IMG/VR virus record: IMGVR_UViG_3300028734_000012
Coordinates: 96,001-160,000 of that record
Strand: one strand, 5' to 3'
From: a virus
DNA length: 64,000 bases
The notes under the pieces were generated by a model, which worked only from the letters and a program-made list of their open reading frames with translations, did no database searches and was not told where the DNA came from. The translations under genes were made by a program, and so were the position numbers. Positions 58,911 to 64,000 of this stretch are shown here, one piece after another (positions within the stretch are counted from its first letter, which is position 1; every line of letters begins with the position of its first letter).

Positions 58911-60896
58911 TTAATATTCACCGCATTCACTTTCATTTAAATTATCGCATTCTAATTTTCTTCTCCCAACTAGTATCCCATTGCTACCAAATTTAGTGGA
59001 AGAGTATTTAATTGAGCCATTATCCCAATTATATTTCTTATAAATATCATCACTACTACCATATAATCTACGGGTAGCTTTATCGTATCTTAGCCCCATA
59101 CGATAGCCCTTTTCCCCTAATGTTCTGTCTTTAAATACTGTGAATTGTCTATCAAAGTTTTCTTGTAATAATTTTTTATCATATGTCTGTTCTAGCCCGT
59201 AAATTCTATCAGCCATATTTACAATATTAGAAGTTCCTAAGATATCATACTCATTTAAAGGTGTTCCAACTTGTGGTTTTCTTGGATGTGCTACTAAGTG
59301 AATTGTGCAACTATTTCTCTTTGCAAAGTGAATCAATTCATTCATAAATTCTACTTGAACAGCCGTCAAATCTGCATCAGCAATACCCTTAAAATTTAGA
59401 CACAACCAATTGTCTAAAACAAATACTCTTGTACCTCTTTTCTTATACATATCTTTCATTCTGCTAAAAACATCTAATGGGCTTGTTAGTAATAAATTAT
59501 CGTATACAAACATTCTGTTCTTGTAGGTCTCTTTAATCTTCTCAACTGCCTGTGTAGTAGGCTTATAATACTTAAATCCGTTAGGATTAGTGAACTCTAT
59601 AACGTGGTCTCTTCCTGCCGCCTGTGATAGTATCCAATTTAACATCTGTGATGTAGTGCTTTCTGCATTAAACCAGAATACTGATTCTCCTTTATCTACT
59701 GCATCAAGCACACAAGATTGTGCAATTAGTGTGGTCTTTCCTACACCACTGTAAGCCGTCCAAATATTCATCGTACCATCTATGTAGCCATAAATCTTAG
59801 AATCTAAATCACGTAGTCCTGTTGATAAGTAATGGGTCTTTTCAATATCAAATTCTTCTACTGTTGTTAGGTCTACGATATTTTCAAGAGGAACTTCTTC
59901 TGCGTTATTAATTAATTGGAGTATGTCACCTTTACCACAACTTAATAAAATATTATTTGCATCTGTTTTTCTAATGAATACATTCTCGCTAAATGTTTGA
60001 TAGTATGCTTCGACTTTATCTTCTTGTTCAACTGTTGGCTTAATAACTTTACAACGATATTCACCCAAACGATTAATGGTATTTTTTAATCCTTCTTGCC
60101 CTGCTGAATCATTATCAAACCATAATATAATTTCTTTAAAATTTTCAAGGAAATCATAGTTAAATTCAATCCATCCTAAATCATTTGCACCACCGTTAAT
60201 TGAACATACATTAGAATATCCCGCTTCAACACAAGCTAAAGTATCTTGATATCCCTCTGTAATTACAAGTGGTTTTGTAATATCTACTTTATTACTATTA
60301 TATAAGATAGGACACATAGATACTTTTGGTTGCCACCACATCTTCATTTCTCCATGTTTAATAGCATGTGATGGTCTATATTTAACTGCTAGTAATGTAT
60401 TGTCTAAGTCTCTAAGTTCATATACTATATTACCATGAACATCCTGTTTAACATCCATGTAATCAAGCGTTGCCTTTGATATACCACGCTTTGCCAGATA
60501 GTCTTCTACTTGTGACCTATCTGTATTTGTCTCTTCCCGTGGATAAATATAGCCTTTAAAATAATCCTTTCTATCTTTTACACTTTGACCATAATCTTTA
60601 ACATCATAGCCCATATCAAGTTCTTCAAATAATCTTTTTAAAGCTTTCTTATAAGTACCTTCTAATGTAGTATATAAATCTAAAATACCAAAGTTCTTAC
60701 CACATCCGAAACAGTGGAAATAATGCTCTTTTGTATTCCAAGAAAAACTAGGTGTAGATTCATGATGAAAAGGGCAACACCCTTTTAAATTTGCTTCATC
60801 CCATTGTTCGAGATTCAATTCCTTATTAATGATAAAAGCCGCATTATCGCCTAGCTTGTCTTTCGCTTCTTGAATTTTCTCAAACAAATCTGTCAA
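58911..60896 (-). CDS. Primase-helicase (CHC2 Zn finger, TOPRIM, DnaB/SF4 helicase)
   Basis: CPFH.E.TPS..CFGC; ITEGYQD, FDNDSAG; AYSGVGKTT, VLDN, LVAHPRK. Confidence 0.9.
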   Translation of the reverse strand: MTDLFEKIQEAKDKLGDNAAFIINKELNLEQWDEANLKGCCPFHHESTPSFSWNTKEHYFHCFGCGKNFGILDLYTTLEGTYKKALKRLFEELDMGYDVKDYGQSVKDRKDYFKGYIYPREETNTDRSQVEDYLAKRGISKATLDYMDVKQDVHGNIVYELRDLDNTLLAVKYRPSHAIKHGEMKMWWQPKVSMCPILYNSNKVDITKPLVITEGYQDTLACVEAGYSNVCSINGGANDLGWIEFNYDFLENFKEIILWFDNDSAGQEGLKNTINRLGEYRCKVIKPTVEQEDKVEAYYQTFSENVFIRKTDANNILLSCGKGDILQLINNAEEVPLENIVDLTTVEEFDIEKTHYLSTGLRDLDSKIYGYIDGTMNIWTAYSGVGKTTLIAQSCVLDAVDKGESVFWFNAESTTSQMLNWILSQAAGRDHVIEFTNPNGFKYYKPTTQAVEKIKETYKNRMFVYDNLLLTSPLDVFSRMKDMYKKRGTRVFVLDNWLCLNFKGIADADLTAVQVEFMNELIHFAKRNSCTIHLVAHPRKPQVGTPLNEYDILGTSNIVNMADRIYGLEQTYDKKLLQENFDRQFTVFKDRTLGEKGYRMGLRYDKATRRLYGSSDDIYKKYNWDNGSIKYSSTKFGSNGILVGRRKLECDNLNESECGEY

Positions 60897-61654
60897 ACTA
60901 TATCAACCCCATTCTTAAAACCATCTCTATCTGATTCAAATTGTTTTCTATACTTTACAGCTTCTTCTTTATTGTCACACCATTTAAAATAATGTTTTCC
61001 ATTATAAGTTAAATAGGCATTCCATTTATTATATTTTTCATTATAAGATACACCAACTACACCTGTTTTGTTAGGTTCGATAGAGGATATTAATTCACAG
61101 TTTTTTAATCCTCTTTCTATTCTGCTATATATTGTATATATTGATATATTATATTTTTTAGAAATTTGTTGTGGAGTGAATTTTTCGCCATCAATTTCTC
61201 CGTATATATTATAAGATGTATTGTTTTGTTGTTCTTTATTTGTTGCCCATCTACAATTCTCTGGACAATAATCTTTATTACCATCTATACGGTCTATACT
61301 TAGATTATCTTGATATCCATTATCTATAGACCAGTTATAGAAATTCATAAAATCATTAAGCCATTCTTGACAGATATTTATATCTTTATAATATTCATGA
61401 TATTTATGAGTTCCGTATACTCTACATTTCATCCCATGATATATGCTATATAATCTTGTATGCATTAAACAACCACAAGATTTAGATTTTCCAGAAATTA
61501 ATCTTTGAGCAGATACGTTTATTTCTTTATTGCATAACTTACATTTACATAGCCACAACGGTGAAACATAATGACGATATTGTTTTTCTCCATTTTGTTT
61601 AATTGCTATTAAAAATCCGAAATTTATTCCTGTTAAATTATCATTAACTTTCAA
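60893..61654 (-). CDS. Free-standing HNH-like homing endonuclease with AP2-like tail
   Basis: Likely TTG 61654 (SD GGTGA; alternative ATG 61666); W.CKC..SCGC, SIDRIDGNKDYCPENCRWAT..EQ.NN, KTGVVGVSY. Confidence 0.82.
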   Translation of the reverse strand: MKVNDNLTGINFGFLIAIKQNGEKQYRHYVSPLWLCKCKLCNKEINVSAQRLISGKSKSCGCLMHTRLYSIYHGMKCRVYGTHKYHEYYKDINICQEWLNDFMNFYNWSIDNGYQDNLSIDRIDGNKDYCPENCRWATNKEQQNNTSYNIYGEIDGEKFTPQQISKKYNISIYTIYSRIERGLKNCELISSIEPNKTGVVGVSYNEKYNKWNAYLTYNGKHYFKWCDNKEEAVKYRKQFESDRDGFKNGVDIV

Positions 61655-62447
61655 TATCTTCACCATTTTTAATAGGGCATACATTTCTGAACGCGCAAAA
61701 ATTGTCGGAAAAGAAGTCTCCACAATTTGGGTAGAAGTCAAATGTTGATTCAATTTCTTCAACATTAGTTACAGCCCAATTCAAAGCTTCTTCATAGTCT
61801 TCTTGCTTAAAATCTATAATAGTCCATTCATTTTTTCTAAATCTGTTAAACATCATTTGCTTTGGAAATTTACCGTATTTTTTATATGTAGCATATGAAT
61901 ATAGGTATAATTGTCTTGCATATTCTTTTAGTTCGGCTTTACTCTTAAACCTTGCTTTAGATTTATGGTCTATAATTACTAAATCTCCATTTTTATCAAG
62001 CGCGACTAAATCAATTTTACCATTAAATATAAACAAATCATTTATAACTTCTTCAAATTCATATTCAGCTTCAAGTATTTCAAAGTCATTAAATCCTTCA
62101 AAATTCTCAAAATATTTCTTTCCACTATCGTAATAATCTCCTGCAAAATCCTTTGAAAAGTCTTCTGACATTTTTAATGTAAAATCTGATGTTATTTCTT
62201 TGTTATAGTTATCAATATAATATTGTGATAAATCATAAACGTTTAGTTCGCCTTTTTCAAATTTCTCTAAAATATTATGGCAAAATCCACCGAACTCGGA
62301 AGTGCCATGACTTATGCCCTCTTCTCCATTAAAATAATGCTTAAAGAATCCATATCTACAATGTAAAAATGAAGATATCTTACTAAACGAATATCTTGGA
62401 AGTTCACGTTGCTTTTCTGTTAATACTCCTGTGTTAATACTCTCCAA
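61644..62447 (-). CDS. PD-(D/E)xK RecB/Cas4-like exonuclease
   Basis: SFS.I..F..C, G..CH..LE, GKIDL..IIDHKS, QL.LY, C-terminal Cys cluster. Confidence 0.85.
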   Translation of the reverse strand: MESINTGVLTEKQRELPRYSFSKISSFLHCRYGFFKHYFNGEEGISHGTSEFGGFCHNILEKFEKGELNVYDLSQYYIDNYNKEITSDFTLKMSEDFSKDFAGDYYDSGKKYFENFEGFNDFEILEAEYEFEEVINDLFIFNGKIDLVALDKNGDLVIIDHKSKARFKSKAELKEYARQLYLYSYATYKKYGKFPKQMMFNRFRKNEWTIIDFKQEDYEEALNWAVTNVEEIESTFDFYPNCGDFFSDNFCAFRNVCPIKNGEDIES

Positions 62448-62467
62448 CTACTCACCAACCTTATAAT

Positions 62468-62500
62468 TAAAGCCACAGAAATATCACATCTGTGGCTTTA
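62468..62500 (-). terminator. Stem-loop after ssb
   Basis: TAAAGCCACAGA..TCTGTGGCTTTA perfect 12-bp stem. Confidence 0.6.
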
Positions 62501-62528
62501 TTCTATTTATTAAATTTTCTGTGTTATA

Positions 62529-62942
62529 TTAGAATGGAAGTTCGTCATCATCTGGTGTTTCATTTTTAGCGCTTGTATCTTCGTTAGCAGTTTCATCAGA
62601 AGAAGTGCTTGCTTCGCTTTGGCTCTTAGAATCAATAAACTCAAAATTGTTTACAATGACTTCTGTCTTTTTGCGTTTATTACCATCTTTATCGGTATAT
62701 GTACTGCTTCTTAGTTCGCCTTGAACTCCAACCTTTTGTCCCTTTTTGAAATACTTTACTAAGAACTCGGCATGTTGATTCATTGCTACGAAATCGATAA
62801 AATCTGCTTGTGGATGTTCTTTATCTTTACTATATCTATTTCTAGCAAGTGTAAAGTCAGCCACCTTAAAAGTATCGCTAATTTCTTTAATTTCGGGGTC
62901 TGCTGTTAGTCTACCAATGAAAATTGCATCATTACCTACCAT
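62529..62942 (-). CDS. ssb: Single-stranded DNA-binding protein
   Basis: IGRLTADPE, ADFI, KKGQKVGVQGEL, acidic tail DDDELPF. Confidence 0.93.
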   Translation of the reverse strand: MVGNDAIFIGRLTADPEIKEISDTFKVADFTLARNRYSKDKEHPQADFIDFVAMNQHAEFLVKYFKKGQKVGVQGELRSSTYTDKDGNKRKKTEVIVNNFEFIDSKSQSEASTSSDETANEDTSAKNETPDDDELPF

Positions 62943-62945
62943 ATA

Positions 62946-63905
62946 TTATTCTCCTTCATCCGTCTTAATTAAACACTGTAACGCATCTAATACTTCTTCT
63001 GCAACGCTTAAATCTGTAATAACATTAAAGTTTGCAGTCTTCTTACCATTGACTAGATTATATTCCTTGATGGCATTAGAAATATCAGTTCTACCTATAC
63101 CATCATCTTGTAACTGTTTAGCCAACATGCTAATCTCTGCAATTTTGGCAGTTACTTCATCACTAGGAGTTACAGCTACTTTTACTTGCTGTGTAACTGT
63201 AGCTGATTTAACAACTGCATCTACATCACCACTATTAGCCCAATCATATAGGTTCTCTCCGTCTTTTTCTGTAAGTACATCATATCTACCCTCAAATAAA
63301 TGCGTATTGTCTTTTTCTACATTTGGAATATGAGTTTCTTGGTCAATATTCAAAACAACAGTATACTGGAAATCTCCTGCTTCTCTTTGCTTAAAGCCAA
63401 CACCAACTTTTTTAGGGGCTTGTTTACCATTCTTATCTTCCATCGTATAAGCTGTTTTACCTCTTACAGTAGAAATAATATGTATTGGAGTTTGTAGAAT
63501 TTTTTCTTGGAATGCATCATCTCTAGGTGTTAACTTAGCCCAGTTCGTATATGAATTACCATTCATCTTACTATGTACATCTAAGATATATTCCCACTCA
63601 TGTGATGTGCTATCAATTACAAGTACTTTAAATCCTGCATCAACTGCGGCTTGAATTGCTTCGATGTATTTTTCTGGTGTATAAGGTGCTTCTAACTGAA
63701 TATCAGAGAATGAGAACTCATTAGCGTAGTATCTGATACGACCATTTTCTGTATCAATTACTGCAACTCCCTCGCCACCAGTCTTTCGTGCAAGTCCCGT
63801 TGCAAGTCTTAATGCCGTGTAACTTTTTCCTGCTCCTGCAACACCGCCTAGAAGAACTTTAACATAGATATTCTCTCTCTGTGCCTTTTTAAATTGCATT
63901 GCCAT
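62946..63905 (-). CDS. Sak4-like AAA ATPase (recombination/ssDNA annealing)
   Basis: GVAGAGKS, IDTENG, VIDS.SHEW, KD.T; adjacent to ssb and exonuclease. Confidence 0.75.
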   Translation of the reverse strand: MAMQFKKAQRENIYVKVLLGGVAGAGKSYTALRLATGLARKTGGEGVAVIDTENGRIRYYANEFSFSDIQLEAPYTPEKYIEAIQAAVDAGFKVLVIDSTSHEWEYILDVHSKMNGNSYTNWAKLTPRDDAFQEKILQTPIHIISTVRGKTAYTMEDKNGKQAPKKVGVGFKQREAGDFQYTVVLNIDQETHIPNVEKDNTHLFEGRYDVLTEKDGENLYDWANSGDVDAVVKSATVTQQVKVAVTPSDEVTAKIAEISMLAKQLQDDGIGRTDISNAIKEYNLVNGKKTANFNVITDLSVAEEVLDALQCLIKTDEGE

Positions 63906-64000
63906 ATTAATTTAATTACCTCACTTTATTATGTATTAAATTTTATATTAAAAATAATATAATCTGTTTAAGAGTTAGCCTTCTACTTTTGGAATAACAA

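Noticed and set aside
49881-60896. Inteins in NrdJ, DnaE or the helicase
   Set aside because: No C/S...HN-C/S/T splice motifs or LAGLIDADG blocks. The ~50-aa insert in the DnaE PHP domain is a simple charged helical segment.
61644-62447. Cas4-like nuclease as evidence of CRISPR-Cas
   Set aside because: Its context (ssb, Sak4-like ATPase, primase) is a standard phage recombination module.
815-63497. Many antisense or off-frame ORFs in the supplied track (e.g. 815-1183, 5980-6360, 16611-17123, 44414-44833, 50002-51213, 62917-63333)
   Set aside because: They lie on top of well-supported genes, lack recognisable motifs, and have the composition of shadow frames.

Overview
The whole window is AT-rich bacteriophage DNA with no host genes. 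It looks like part of a large Bacillota (probably Clostridia) siphovirus with SPbeta/c-st-like organisation. The + strand (1-40.1 kb) is the late region. It holds a truncated scaffold/protease, head decoration, major capsid, head-tail and major tail proteins, then an inserted block (GT2-TPR glycosyltransferase, RuvC, GIY-YIG endonuclease, tyrosine recombinase). After that come a ~2475-aa tape measure split by an endonuclease-bearing group I intron, baseplate/fibre genes, a GH25 endolysin with two holins, and two paralogous adaptor+fibre cassettes. The - strand (40.2-64 kb) carries recombination and replication genes (Sak4-like ATPase, SSB, exonuclease, primase-helicase, DnaE), nucleotide metabolism (ThyX-like, kinase, nucleotidase, NrdJ, dUTPase), free-standing HNH endonucleases and an accessory cluster (macro, DHH, SLOG, NadR-like, C1 peptidase). 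A small + strand island there encodes an orphan MazF-like protein. The top finding is in dnaE: it starts at TTG 58204 and is interrupted in the PHP motif by an in-frame GGT-TAA-GGT. A ribosomal hop from GGU to GGU would restore the canonical TEHGN, and a free-standing HNH endonuclease lies directly upstream. This is a possible 6-nt counterpart of the T4 mobA/gene 60 bypass cassette. Other highlights: an identical slippery site (CAGCTTTTTTTAA, -1 frame = stop) at the stalk/propeller junction of two receptor-binding proteins, an 18-bp palindrome found three times at tolerant sites, and tandem NrdR-box-like motifs away from any nrd gene. All product calls come from motif recognition by eye; no database search was run.
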